Assembly (NCBI GenBank): GCA_951406725.2
Contig: OX597821.1
Location: 112,344,001-112,408,000, forward strand
Direction: 5' to 3'
Origin: Octopus vulgaris
Taxonomy: Eukaryota
DNA length: 64,000 nucleotides
The notes beneath the pieces are model-generated. The model was given only the letters and a program-made list of their open reading frames with translations. It was not told the DNA's origin and made no database searches. The number at the start of each line of letters is the position of its first letter. Within the stretch, counting starts at the first letter, position 1. Positions 13,800 through 28,614 of the stretch are shown in pieces. The position numbers were made by a program, and so were the translations under genes.

Positions 13800-13979
13800 T
13801 AGAGCAAGAAAAAAGATACATTTTTCAACTCGTAAATACTGATAGAACAGCACATATAGGATAAAAGCCTTACATGGCTGATTGTCGACAGATTTTTCTC
13901 TTGTGTAAGGGTTTTATCTTGTATATGCTGTTCCATTAGCATTTACGCGTTGAAAAATATATATTTCTACTTGTTCTAC
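13800..13979. repeat. Imperfect inverted repeat, ~75-bp arms
   Basis: AGAGCAAG...TTTTTCAACTCGTAAAT...CCTTACA pairs with TGTAAGG...ATTTACGCGTTGAAAAA...CTTGTTCT. Confidence 0.75.
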
Positions 13980-14412
13980 AATACATTTCAACGCTTCAAA
14001 GACATACAACATAATTGTCACAAACACAATTTCTTATTTCTTTGTGATTTTAATTTATTATTACTTCCTTCTGAAGCATGTGTATATAGACAGATACTAA
14101 TAACACCAGGTTATTAGCATCAATAAACCTAAGCTAAATAATAATAATAATAATTAATTCTTTTTATTGGCCACAAGGGCTGACAAATATGATTGGAAAA
14201 CATAAAGGGACAAAACAGGACGAAAGGTTAGAAAAGGTTTTGTCCGTTTAATAATCATATATATGTATAGAATATAATATAAAATATAAATTACAAAGTG
14301 GGACAAGAACGCAAAAACACACAAGGAGACGACACAAAAAACCGACGGGTCACTCGAAGCCTCTCATCTTCAGTCGGGAACCGGATCATCTTAGTATATA
14401 TGTGTGTGTGTA

Positions 14413-14618
14413 TACTCTTATAACTGCTTCAGTCATTTGAGTGTGGCCATGCTGGAACACCACCTTCTAGTCGAAGAAATCGACCCCCGGACGTATTCTT
14501 TGTAAGCCTGGTACTCATTCTATCAATCTCTTTTGCCGAACCGCTAATCTACGGACACATAAACATACCAACATCGGTTACCAAGTGATGGTGGATGGAC
14601 AAACACAGACACAAAAAC

Positions 14619-14664
<46 letters not shown>

Positions 14665-14803
14665 GACAGGCTTCTTTCAGTTTCCGTCTACCAAATCCAC
14701 TCACAAGGTCTTGGTCGGCCCGTGGCTATAGTAGAAGGCATTTGCCCAACGTGCCACGCAATGGAATTAAACCCGGATCCATATGGTTTGGAAGCAAGCT
14801 TCT
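14413..14803 (-). mobile_element. SINE family A, near full length
   Basis: Similar to 29775-30198. Confidence 0.85.
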
Positions 14804-15249
14804 TTTTCCCGGATTTTGTATATATATTTCCCCGACGCCATTCTAGATGACACGCCAGTCTGTCGCGGATTACTCAATTTTCCCATCCGGGCGGACGGGA
14901 TCCACGCGAAATGATGCCTTGCTCAAATAATACAAACGCGTCCCTCTGTCCAGGAAGTGAAACCAGAATCTCACGATCATAAGTGCAACACCCCTAACCA
15001 CAAAGCAACGCGCTTCCCACATCGGTGTGTATGTGTGAGAAGAGAGAAAGAGAGATGGTGGGGATGAGATATCGGATTTCTAGTTTGATGAGTCATCAAC
15101 TTCAATTTCTTCATAGCTATTGAAGACTTTGTTGAAACTGTAACTGTAGTTATTTTATTGTTGTATAGCCCCAGGTCAAACCTGATATGGCAAAGAAAAA
15201 ACAAAAACAATCATCGAAAGCATTTTAGCTATGAGTGCGTTCGTATTTT

Positions 15250-15460
15250 AATCTTTTATTTATTTCAGTTATTGGACTGCGGCCATACAGGAGCACCATC
15301 TAGAAGAGGTTTCAGTCAAACAAATCGACCCTTAGTAGTAAATTTTTGCTTTTCAAACCTGATACTAATTCCATTAGTCACCTTAGCTGAACTGTTAAGT
15401 TAAAAGAACGGAAAGAAAACCAATACCAGTTGTGAACCGAGGGAGCAATAAATACACACA
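15250..15460 (-). mobile_element. SINE family A, 3' half, diverged
   Basis: TTTCAGTTATTGGACTGCGGCCAT tail complement. Confidence 0.65.
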
Positions 15461-15461
15461 C

Positions 15462-15560
<99 letters not shown>

Positions 15561-15761
15561 ATTACGTAAATGAATGTAAAGCAAACAGAGCCACAAGCCT
15601 TCACTATGTATTGACGATAGAAAATAAATTGAATATAAACCCTGTAACGGAAGTGCCAATTATTTCCCGTTACGGAGCTTTCTGCCCTTATATTAGAATA
15701 AATTCTATCGTCAGTATACAGTGAAGGCTTATAAATTTTATATACAACGTTACATATATAT

Positions 15762-15995
15762 CTATTTCTTTACTACCCACAAGGGGCTAAACACAGAGAG
15801 GACAAACAAGGACAGACAAATAGATTAAGTCGATTACATCAACCCCAGTGCGTAGCTGGTACTTAATTTATCGACCCCGAAAGGATGAAAGACAAAGTCG
15901 ACCTCGGCGGAATTTGAACTCAGAACGTAACGGCAGACGAAATACGGCTACGCATTTCGCCCGGCGTGCTAACGTTTCTGCCAGCTCGCCGCCCT
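15762..15995 (-). mobile_element. SINE family B, full length, tail type 1
   Basis: Nearly identical to 30473-30706; followed by a family A 5' fragment at 16005-16132. Confidence 0.9.
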
Positions 15996-16736
15996 ACATA
16001 TATATCGGTCTGCCTAATCCACTCGCAAGGTTTCGGGCGGCCCGCGGTCATAGTAGAAGAAACTTGCCCAAGGTACCACGCAGTGGAATTGAAATGGAAA
16101 TCATCTTGTTGGGAAGCAAACTTCTTGCCACAGAACGATCTAACTCAGACAACATTATCTTAATGTTTCCTATTATATTTCTTACAGACGGTAGACTGTG
16201 ATATCAATATGATATGAATGATATTCGGCTGTTATTTCTAGCATAGCGAGCTAGCTTGTAGAGGTTTCCCTCGTTGCTCCGTCGTAGGATGTTAATAACG
16301 CGATTGTATGTGTGAGCAGCGATCAAATTTGCACAATAATAATAATTGAAAAATTAAAGAAACGAGAAAAGAGAGAAAGAAAGAGAGGAGAGAATTAGTA
16401 AAACGTGCGAAAAACACGAAAGAACAGGTTTTGTTTATTCTTGACAAATCTTAAAGAATGTCAGAAGCCATAAAGTTCAAATCGAAGAATACGTTTTCTA
16501 AGAGAGACGGCTCATCTGATATCTTTTCTCTTTGCTACTTAACAAACAACATCGGCCATTAATTTGAGCATGTGATGACGAGACTCGGGAAAGCAAGCGT
16601 CAATATATAGCGTTTCACTGGGTCAATCACAATTACTCCTGTGAATTAAAATTAGTTTTAACAAGTATCTTATAGAGTGTGTGCATGGTGTATACATACA
16701 GATATATATATATATATATATACATACACACACACT

Positions 16737-16872
<136 letters not shown>

Positions 16873-17389
16873 CACGTATAGACATTTTTAAACTTTTACT
16901 GGCTTTAGTCAAGAAATCGACCCTATTGTTACATCGGTTTCTTTTGCGGAGCCCTTAAGGTTATGGTGACGTAAACAACTCAACACACACACAGGTGTGT
17001 GTGTGTGTATGTATGTATGTATATATATATATAATATACGGTTGATGTTTGACGTTTCATGCGAACACGAGCATCCAAAAGAATGACTTTTCTGTAATAT
17101 AATATACGCAAGCACACGTATATGTATGCGTATGGTGAGCTAACAGTGCCGGTGGTTCGAAAAATAGCATTCAATGCAAAACTGTGAAGTGGTTAGTGTT
17201 AAGAGGGTATTTCGCCGCAGAAACCTTGTCAAAACAGAGATTAGAAAATGATGCCGACCTGGGACTCATCGGATTCTTGCCAAATCATCGAACTCACGTC
17301 AGCATGGAACATGGACGTTGTATAGCGATGAGAAAGATGATGGACATACCTATCAATCTATCTATCTCAGTCTTAGAGAATCTTAGTAG

Positions 17390-17718
17390 AATGGATCGAC
17401 TCCAGTACTTCTTAAATCTGATACTTACTAATCCTATCGGACTCTTTTGCCGAACCGGTAATGTTACGGGGACGTAAACACACCAACAATGGTTATTAAG
17501 CGAGGAGAGGGACAAACATAGACACAAAGACTTACACTGATGTATATACATACACGACGGGCTTCCTTCAGTTTCCGTTTACCAAATCCACCCACAAGGA
17601 TTTGGTCGGTCTGAGGCTACAGTAAGAAGACACTTGCCCAAGGTGCCACGCAATGGGACTGAACCCGGAACCATGTGTTAGGGAAGCAAGCTACTTACCA
17701 CACAGCCACGCCTGCGCA
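17390..17718 (-). mobile_element. SINE family A lacking the extreme 3' tail
   Basis: Similar to 29775-30198. Confidence 0.85.
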
Positions 17719-17869
17719 TATATATATACACGCGCACGCATACATATGAGTGGAAAAATTAAAGGAAAACTCATACAGTATCATTTAAAGCAGTTTGATT
17801 CGGCCGCCATGACACATAAAGTTTCGCAAGCTCCTAAGAGAAACCTAACTTGTTCGGGCTCAGAATACC

Positions 17870-18080
17870 AAATCTGGCAGAATCGTTAGCACGCCGGTAA
17901 AAAATGCATTTAAAAATTTTTTCTGTCTTTATGTTCTGAGTTCAAATTCCGCCGAAGCCGACTTTGCCTTTCATCCTTTTGTGGTTGACAAAATAAGTAC
18001 CAGTTGAGCAATGGGGATGATGTAATCGACTAACACCCTCTCCGTCAATCGCTGACCTTCTGCCAAAACTTGAAAGCGTT
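17870..18080 (+). mobile_element. SINE family B, diverged
   Basis: CTGGCAGAATCGTTAGCACGCCGG...GAGTTCAAATTCC...GCCTTTCATCCTTT. Confidence 0.8.
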
Positions 18081-19175
18081 GTTGTTGTTGTTGTTATCCT
18101 CTCGACCCTTAAGTTTGTGTGTAGGTTGGCGGAATTATTTTAGGTGCAGCAGACAATTAGAACCGTGTGGAGATATAGGATCGGGATCGCCGGTTCATTT
18201 CGTCCACACAAACACACACATTAAGGAAGTCAAATATTGACTGAAGAATCAGAATATGAAATAATCTAAATGGAAAAGACTGACTGAGACTTCGAAGTTT
18301 CGCAGTAAACCACCGGTTGCTTCACAATCTCAGTTGAAACCGGCAGTTCACGGGGAAATCGGGAATCATTGTCAAAATTTTCTTCGTGCTCATCTACCTA
18401 TCCGCCTCTCTCTCTCTCTCTCTCTCTCTGTCAATCTATCTATCTATCTATATGTCTGTCTGTCTGTCTATCTATCTATTTATCTATATTTGCGTGTATG
18501 TGTGTGCGTCACCCCACTTGACAACCGACAGAATAAGCATCAGGCTTACCAGGGGTCAATTTCTTCGACTAAAAGGCGATGCTACAGCATGGCTGCAGTC
18601 AAGTAACTGAAACTAGTAAAAGAATAAAATAATATGCGCATATACGTAAATATATAATCCCGGAAACAGCTGTAAGACCTCTTTATAAATGTTCTAAAAT
18701 CTTTCACAGCCTTGGATTTTTATCTCATTCTAAAAATGTTTATACATACATATATGTATGTATGTATATGTATGTACACACACACAGCATTTAGTTTACA
18801 GGGAGTGTGGTTAAATAACCTAGAAAACCCGTCATCAAACGACTTAAACGCCATCTACATGATGACATGGGTGGGTGTTTATTCTTCCGTTGGTCTTCAG
18901 TGCATTTGAACAGAAAGACTAAGTAAATACAGAATTTGACACAGAAAATGTGGGTGCCACTTGGTAATTAATCAAGTTGATAACAGTATGAAATTTAGGT
19001 GATGTCTATGGAGGCGTTTTTGTATTCGTTCGTTTCTGCTTTTTGTTGCTTTTGTGATGTTTTCGTTTCGTTGCTCTCCAACCATTTCAGAATTATATAA
19101 GTTTCTTTCGGGTTTATGGAAGGTTTTCCTTGTTCCTCTCTTAATATTCTTTTCTACTCGAGGCACAAGGCCCGA

Positions 19176-19479
19176 AATTTTTGGAGAGGGGATCAGTCGA
19201 TGAGATCGACCCCAGTACGCAAGATCTTATTAAAGATATGTACACCAATGAATGAACAGTGATATATATATATATATATATATATACTGAGAGATAGGTA
19301 TGGTATATGCAGGTGTCTGTGTTTACACACACACACACACACACATCTCTACACATATATAAGCATGCATATACTACACATATATGCAAGTATGTATATG
19401 CATAAGCAAATATTTATGAAAGGATAGACAGAGACAGACAGATACACACACAGACAGATAGACAGACAGACAGACAGAC

Positions 19480-19554
<75 letters not shown>

Positions 19555-19627
19555 GTAATGGATAGACAAATGAATAGAAAGGTAGGCAGATAGACAGACA
19601 GGCAGATAGGTAGACAGACAGACAGAC

Positions 19628-19662
<35 letters not shown>

Positions 19663-19739
19663 CTGTCTGTCTGTCTGTCTACCTATCTGCCTGTCTGTCT
19701 ATCTGCCTACCTTTCTATTCATTTGTCTATCCATTACTC

Positions 19740-19800
<61 letters not shown>

Positions 19801-19981
19801 GCTGTCTGTCTGTCTGTCTGTGTGTGTATCTGTCTGTCTCTGTCTATCCTTTCATAAATATTTGCTTATGCATATACATACTTGCATATATGTGTAGTAT
19901 ATGCATGCTTATATATGTGTAGAGATGTGTGTGTGTGTGTGTGTAAACACAGACACCTGCATATACCATACCTATCTCTCA

Positions 19982-20026
<45 letters not shown>

Positions 20027-20109
20027 TGTTCATTCATTGGTGTACATATCTTTAATAAGATCTTGCGTACTGGGGTCGATCTCATCGACTGATCCCCTCT
20101 CCAAAAATT
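19176..20109. repeat. ~930-bp near-perfect inverted duplication centred on a (GA)n tract
   Basis: Arms are reverse complements apart from microsatellite length; they produce twin ORFs 19141-19389(-) and 19901-20092(+). Confidence 0.92.
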
Positions 20110-20124
20110 GATCGATAATCAGAC

Positions 20125-20179
<55 letters not shown>

Positions 20180-20245
20180 TAGATAGCTAAATAAATATAC
20201 ATACATACATACATACATACATACATACATACATACATACATAAT

Positions 20246-20286
<41 letters not shown>

Positions 20287-20948
20287 TACATACATACATA
20301 CATACACACACACATACATACATACATACATACATACATACATACATACATAGACACATAGACAAAAGCACGTATAAATCGACAGTGCGCACAGGTAGCC
20401 TAGCTAAATGCATAGCCGAAAAGATAAAATAGATACATCACTTAGAAAAGCACTCTGTGGAGTAAAATGTAAGAAGTGAGCAGAGAAAAATAGTGCATGT
20501 GTATATTGGCACCGCTTTTAAGTGATACGAGTATCAATTTAATCAAGATCATCTGAATCTAATCTCTCCATATTTGTCTCTCGAACGCTGACAGGTAGAT
20601 CGATAAACAGACAAAAATTGGTATAAGTCTAATAAATATAAACACACGCATCTACTTATCTACATCTACATGCTTTATCTACCTCCATTTAGAGAGCGGC
20701 AGACATGGTGAAGTAGTCGTATATGTAGGCAGATACAGCGTGTTTGATGAGACGGAGGGGATGCTGGATAGATACACAGATGGATGGACAAATTGATAGA
20801 CAGACAGACAGATAGATAGATAGATAGATATAGGATAGAGGGATACGTAGATAGGTAATTTTGATGGAGATATACAAAGACACTAACAGATGGATTGATA
20901 AATAGAAGGATGGTATGAATAAACCGATAGACAGACAGACAGACAGAC

Positions 20949-20994
<46 letters not shown>

Positions 20995-21015
20995 ATAGAG
21001 AGAGAGATAGATATT

Positions 21016-21051
<36 letters not shown>

Positions 21052-21085
21052 CATAGAAAGATAGATAGATATTTAGATAGATATT

Positions 21086-21116
<31 letters not shown>

Positions 21117-21119
21117 ACG

Positions 21120-21184
<65 letters not shown>

Positions 21185-21570
21185 TGGTAAAAAGACGGAC
21201 AAAAGATTGATGAGAGGAAAGATAAATGGGTTAGAGAGAGAGAGAGAAGTAGCCACACACACATGCTGAGGGAAAAAATGGTGCCAATTTATTAGGTAAA
21301 GCAGAAGAGGGGTTATTATCACGAACAAGTAAAGTCTAGAGGACTTTCTTAAAATCAATCTGACGATCCAATAAGGTTTCTGTCTGTGCGTCGTCTCTTC
21401 AACCAGTTTCATAAACCTGCCTTAGTTGTTGTTTTTTTCCTCCTTAATTTTCTACCTTTTCTGTACGTGTGAATAATATAGCAAGTTTAAATGTTGTTGA
21501 AAGATAATAGAATTGCGATTAAATTTGTTTTGGCATTAGGCTCTTATTAGGCATACGTGCATATATGTGC

Positions 21571-21615
<45 letters not shown>

Positions 21616-21851
21616 TTATGTGAATGAACCGATAATGCTTTTAATAACTGTTATCTCTTGTTTTATTTATCTCTTTATGGAGTTATGAAAACGTGATAAC
21701 ATAAATGTATATATCAATCTCCCTCGTTATAATCTCCATGTATGTTGTGTACAAACATAGATATACATATATTACACATATACATACATATATAGAGAGA
21801 GACACACATATAGATAGTTAGACAGACAGACAATTAGATATATAGATAGGC

Positions 21852-21898
<47 letters not shown>

Positions 21899-21904
21899 AT
21901 AGAT

Positions 21905-21970
<66 letters not shown>

Positions 21971-23023
21971 CATATACTTCATCTTTGTCTGGGTATATAC
22001 GTATAGGACCTTATGCATGTACATACACACACACACACACACACACACACTGACATACAACTGTGCATATATCTATCTAGTTCCCTCCAAACACATATAT
22101 GTACGTGTGTGTATAGTCACACACAATTCAACATCGTATGTGCATAAATATCTTTGAAAACCTTTACAGACAAACAACGATATACTTTAAAACAACAGTA
22201 TATATGTGTGCGTATGTGTATGCCTTTTTCGAAAGCCTTAAACAGCAGTGTAACTATAGCTATATGGAAATGCCTTTCTTAAACACTATATAACTAACGC
22301 CATCACTACCACCACCACCGATAACAATATCAACATAGGTACAGCACAGCTCTCCCTAAATGTATCCTGCATACCCCAAATTCTAACACGACCAAAATCT
22401 CTGTAGGTATGTCTAAACACGCACACACGCACACATACACAGGCACCTAATTTCACAGTAATCCCTTAAGAATTGGCATAGAAGCAGCTACAAAATTTAG
22501 TGGAGTTTCTATTGTCGCATTTTGTAGTCACGTTAGGCAGGCAGTTGCTAAGGAACTTTTAAAATAAGATTCGTGGAGGAAGGAGGAAAAAAAAAAAGGC
22601 CACTGTAAGTTCTATTTGCAAACGCAAGCATTCTCATAGTCTCTTTATCTTAAAAGAACGTGAGAAGTGAAATATCTGATGCCTGGCTTATAGCTTGCCT
22701 GGCTTTGCCTTCCTTGCTTTTTAAAGCCGAGCTTTGCCTGCTTCACTTTTCCCCTCTTCTTAGAAAATATAAAACGGCATACAAACAATTAACAAAGGCA
22801 GGTGCTCGTATCAAAAACGATGGATGGACCAAACAAATGTTGGAAATTAGGAAGAAGAAGAAGAAGAAGAAGAAGAAGTAGATGATGATGATGAAGAGAA
22901 AAGAAGAGCATTTGCAACGACGATCGAATCATTAGGGTGTTATAAATGTAACGATGTGTGTGCATGTATTAGTACGTATATATTTGTGCGTTGTCTTGTT
23001 TGTCTGCCGTCTGGCAAGGGAAA

Positions 23024-23064
<41 letters not shown>

Positions 23065-24449
23065 CACACACATATATATATATATACATACATAGGCGTA
23101 TATCTGTATGTGTATGAAAGAAAGAGAAGTATGTATACGTAGGTTTGTAGACAGATAGATGTATCCCCTGTGTGTGTGTGTGTGTGTGTGTATAAGTATC
23201 ATTGGGAAGTCGTCCATTGTACGGTTTCCCTTAGCATGAGTTGTCGAGAGACCCTTTAACGAGGGAGAGGAGAAAGAATATAGGATCGTACGTAGATAAA
23301 GAAAAAATTTAAAAGAACTAAACTGGGTGAAAAGCTAGAGAAAAATAGAAGAAATTTTAGAGAAGCCGAAATGAATGGGAAGATACACACACACACACGC
23401 ACGCACGCACGCATGCATGCACACCACATACATACAGACGCACACACTCAAAGCAAAACTGTATTTGATTCAGTGTAACCAGCAGAACACATTAAAAGTA
23501 TGCTGTCTTGACAAATATCAACGGTAACGTTGATGGCTGCCGCCGAATCGATGATGCTGAGAGAAATGGATGGTTTAAATTAAGAAAGAAGACTAATTAC
23601 CAATTAAATTCCATCTTTATTTAATCATACACATGGTAACACAGTCACACACACACACACACACACACGCACGCGCGCGCAAGGAGTACAAACGGAAAAC
23701 ATATACAGAGTACAAATAGCATATTTATATATGTGCACGCGCACTATGCAAAAGTAATCAGCATAGCCTTATATATATATACATACCTACATGCATATAA
23801 TATATATATATAGGTAACTATATATATATAAATACATACACACACACACACACACTTGAAATCTGTACAAATAATTAAATTCAATGATTTACAATTGAAC
23901 ACACACACGCGCACGTGTACCCCACACAAAATACAATCGACATCCTTTATCAACAACTAAATACATTTACACACACACACGTGTGTATTATATATATATG
24001 TGTATATATATATGTTTATGTATAAAAGATAGCTGGACACAGGCACACTTGAAAGTACAACTCAACACACATACACACATATTCATTCATTCCTTAAACC
24101 ACAAGAGCATAAAAACCAACTAGAATTAATATATAAATATCACACATTCTGGTCGTCAACATCATTTTCTTTCTTGTAAATTAAAAATTTAATTAATAAT
24201 TATTTTTAACACAGATATCACTCATTTCATTCATTCCTATTTCATTTTATTAAATTTTTTTTAATCATTGTTTTTTTGGTTTTTTTTCATTATTCGCATT
24301 TAATAAACGAAACCAAGAACATCAATTTTACAAAGTGACAATAATAATAATAATAATAATAATGCAAACCATAAAAAAAAGAAATTTAAATATAAATACA
24401 AATTTATATATATATAGATAGATATATATATATATATACATATACTAAC

Positions 24450-24699
24450 CGGGTGTCGGTCGAGAAGGTACGTGTTGGGGGTCACCATGGTTAATCTTTA
24501 CATATCTATTTTTCACTTGGGCACACTGGTCGGTATGACTGCCGTTGTTATTCCCAATTAAGGAGTCTGACGTGATAAAGCTAGCGGGATTTTGATCAGG
24601 TAAGACCACGTTACTGCCACAGAAAGAACACGAACATAAAAACGATACTAATAATACAAACACCAACCGTTTGCTAACGGCCATAATGTGTTTCTCCAT
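24450..24699 (-). CDS. First coding exon of a glypican (GPC3/5, Dally-like heparan sulfate proteoglycan)
   Basis: Translates MEKHIMAVSKRLVFVLLVSFLCSCSFC (signal peptide-like) ... DQCAQVKNRYVKINHGDPQHVPSRPTPG. This matches the glypican exon-1 pattern C-x-x-V-[RK]...VP-x-x-P-x-x-G (compare GPC3 CHQVRSFF...VPETPVPG). The frame ends at a phase-1 donor G|GTTAGT (intron starts 24449), the conserved glypican intron position. The start could be Met6 (24684). I did not find exon 2 in the window. Confidence 0.82.
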
Positions 24700-24776
24700 C
24701 GCTTTTTCCTTTTGGTGAATGATTTATATTGATATATTGTAATTTCAAACGATCGATAAATTAATCGATCTAACTT

Positions 24777-25054
24777 CTGAAATGTAAGTGAATATATATA
24801 TATATGTAATATGTATGTATAGATGTATGTGTGTATATATTTATATTTGGATGATGTATATTTTTAAAACACAGTGTAAAAGCATATAAATGTATGTATA
24901 TACATATATATAAATATTACAGAAAGAAAAGATAGCTGTATATTTATATGTATGTATATATATATAAAGATATGCCGATGTGTGTATGTATGGATGTGTT
25001 TATATATATATGTGTGTATGTGTGTGTGTGTGTTTATGAATGTGTATGTATGTT

Positions 25055-25088
<34 letters not shown>

Positions 25089-25109
25089 ATGGAGAGGTTT
25101 AAAAATCAC
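24777..25109 (-). other. Possible short 5'-UTR intron of the glypican gene
   Basis: Minus strand has AAAG|GTGATT at 25110/25109 and TTCACTTACATTTCAG| ending at 24777, enclosing microsatellite-rich DNA. Motif evidence only. Confidence 0.3.
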
Positions 25110-25719
25110 CTTTGGTATTAATAATAATAGTAATAATAATTATCCTTCGCGTTGTTGTTTGTAACCGAGGGTAGACTTATCCTGCGGTTTTCACACACAC
25201 ACACGGTTTAAAAGCCACTGCCGAATAAGAGGAGCTTAACAAAAATCGGTCTCAACACCACCACAACCACTACTACTACTACTACTACTACTTCGACTAT
25301 TGCTGCTGCCGCCGCTGTCGCTACTGCTGCTGCTGCTGCTGCTGCTGTTGCTACTACTGCTGCTTCTACTATCAGCACCACAACCAGCACTATCGCTAAT
25401 AGCGCTACTATTGATATGGTTAAAGAGAGAGGGAAGAGGGAGGACATTCACGACGATGGCGACGATAAGCGACTAACACCGCCGCCGCCGCCACCGCTAC
25501 TACCACTGTCATTAACAGCAGCGCATTCGCCATCGCCGCCGCCACCTCCACCGACATTAACAGCAGCGCCAACACCTACGCCACCACCGCCACTATGAAG
25601 ACTAACACTATTAGGGCCACCATCGCCGCCCCCACCATTTACTCTTACCTCCCACTATCGCTGATATACGACTGCTACCACCGTACATTGCCCATTCTCT
25701 CACCGTTACTCTCTTTTTC

Positions 25720-26260
25720 TCTGCTGCGCCTATCGCTGTTGCTCCTTAAAAACTCACTCCTTCCACTCTTTCTAATTTTCTCTTTCATTCATTCATTTCT
25801 TTCCTCTCTCTCTCTCTTTCTCTTTCTCTGTCTTTATCTTTCTTTTCTCTCTTCCTTTATTTCTCTGTCTCTGTTTTTCTCTCTCTCATTTTCTACCCCT
25901 TTCTCTGTTTCTCTCTCTCATTTTCTACCCATTTCTCTCATTATCTCCCTCCGCTATTTTCTCTCTTTCTCTCTCTCTCTTTCTCCTTCCTTTTCTCTCT
26001 CACGCTCTGCTGTTTCTTTGTCTCTATGTCTCAACCTCTCATTTCTCTCTCACATTATCTCTTCCTTTCTCTTTCTGTCTCCCTATCCTCCTTTCTCTCT
26101 CCCAAGTCCCGCTGTTTTTTCTCCCTCTTTCTCTCCCTAGCCTCTCTCTTCTCTCCCTCTCTCATTCACACCCTCTCACCCTATCTCTTACTCTCTCTCT
26201 CTCTCTCTCTCTCCCTAATCTCATTCGCCTCTATATATCTTTATCATACACTAATACTTC
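25720..26260. repeat. Polypyrimidine CT-rich tract upstream of the glypican exon
   Basis: Long, strongly strand-biased CT low-complexity DNA. Confidence 0.8.
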
Positions 26261-27003
26261 CATCTGTATCATTTACTGTTGCTGTTATTACAACTGCTGC
26301 TGCTGCTGCTGTTACTGTTACTTATACTTATTCTCTCTCTCTCTCCTCCTTCTCTTTAACCCCACCATCACCACCATCACCAACGTTCTTTTCTTACTGT
26401 TGCTGCTATAAGCACCTTTCCTTTCCTTTCCTTCTCCTTTATTTCAACCCTTCGTCTCACAACCAACGAAACCAACCAACCAACCAGCCAAACAACCAGC
26501 CAGCCAGCCAGCCAGCTAACCAACCTCTCTGTACTGTTCTCTCAATAGATCCCTTCTCCCTTTATCACACCACTGTACATATATATAAATATATACATAT
26601 ACACATACATATATATATATATATATATTTATATAATATATATACACACGCGCGTACCGACTCTCTCTGTGTCTTTCTCTTCGGATGAAACGGACATCCA
26701 AACGCGCGCATCTCACGAATGACATCTGCGGATTGCGGTGTACTGTATCTCCGATTGAAACTTATTCAGTTAATCTTTCTTCTCACTCGCTCTCTCTGTC
26801 TCTCTCTCTACCACCTCTCTCTCTGACTTCTCTCACTCCCTCATTCTCTCTCTCTCTCTCTCTCATTCATTCTGTATATCATTGGTTCATCATATTCATT
26901 CGTTAAACCCTTTATTATTAAACAGCAGTTTTGCACGCGTGTCGGATATATATATATATGGGTTCTAGATATTAACGTATATATGTGAATACATAGATAC
27001 ATA

Positions 27004-27055
<52 letters not shown>

Positions 27056-27199
27056 TGGATAGATAGATAGAGAGAGAGAGGTTGCACTTAGACGAGAAAT
27101 CGCACGGCGCAGCTTTCTTTCCTTAAACGAAAAACATGCGAAAACACGCAACTTTGCTTGCTAAACATGGGAGAACGCTAATATATGACTCACGTATAA

Positions 27200-27236
<37 letters not shown>

Positions 27237-27469
27237 TAGATATAGATATAGATATAGATATATAGAGATATAGATATAGATATAAGCTGGAATAATACAC
27301 ATATATATACATGCATACACATATGCATGTATATATACAGTTTCATACGGGTATATATAGTGTTCTATAATTGTCTATATACACATAAGTACATGTATAC
27401 ACAGCACACATTAATTATTAGTTCTAAGTGTTCATGTTCAGTACATATGCTCGTGTATATTTTTAATAC

Positions 27470-27558
<89 letters not shown>

Positions 27559-27623
27559 GGTATGTAGAAAAATACAACATGGACAAAACGTATAACTCTT
27601 AGAAGACGAATATATATATATAT

Positions 27624-27667
<44 letters not shown>

Positions 27668-27674
27668 ATATATG

Positions 27675-27717
<43 letters not shown>

Positions 27718-27746
27718 GAATATATATGTATATATATATATGTATA

Positions 27747-27793
<47 letters not shown>

Positions 27794-28034
27794 ATATATA
27801 TGTATATATATATACATGTATGTATGTATGTGGGTTATATATGTGTATGTATTTGTGCATGTGTTGTGTGACTGCGCCTGCCAGTGTGTGTGCGTGTGTG
27901 TGTGCACATTTCTGTAATTATGTAAAAATGCATCGATATGTGATGCTAAAATTTCATTTAGTGTTCATTCGTACTAATTGAAATTAAAAGTAATTTGAAT
28001 AGCGTATAGCTGCCTTCCGTAGTCAAAACTGAAG

Positions 28035-28075
<41 letters not shown>

Positions 28076-28172
28076 TACATATATATATATACATACATAC
28101 ATACATACATACATACACACACATATTTATATATATATATATACATAAATATATATATTATATACACACACA

Positions 28173-28239
<67 letters not shown>

Positions 28240-28240
28240 A

Positions 28241-28282
28241 TTGCCCCAGCATGGCCACAGCTCGTGAGCTGAAACTAGATAA

Positions 28283-28286
<4 letters not shown>
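28241..28286 (+). mobile_element. Extremely 5'-truncated CR1-group LINE copy (3' hairpin only) inside (TA)n
   Basis: TGCCCCAGCATGGCCACAGCTCGTGAGCTGAAACTAGA matches the 3' end of the LINE at 41342-44295. Confidence 0.8.
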
Positions 28287-28332
<46 letters not shown>

Positions 28333-28583
28333 TCATACATATATATATACATATATATATATGTACGTACATTCATACATATACATGAATACATACATAC
28401 ATACATACATACATACATACATACATACATACATACATACATACATACATACATACGTATACGCTTATATGCGCGCATACATACACATAATTTCATACGT
28501 GATACGTCACGACTATACATATAACGGATCTGTTGGAATACGCATATTTATATATATATATATATATATATATGTACGTACGG

Positions 28584-28614
<31 letters not shown>

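Noticed and set aside
26640-26760. CpG-containing stretch as the glypican promoter
   Set aside because: Position is plausible but no diagnostic motif supports a call.
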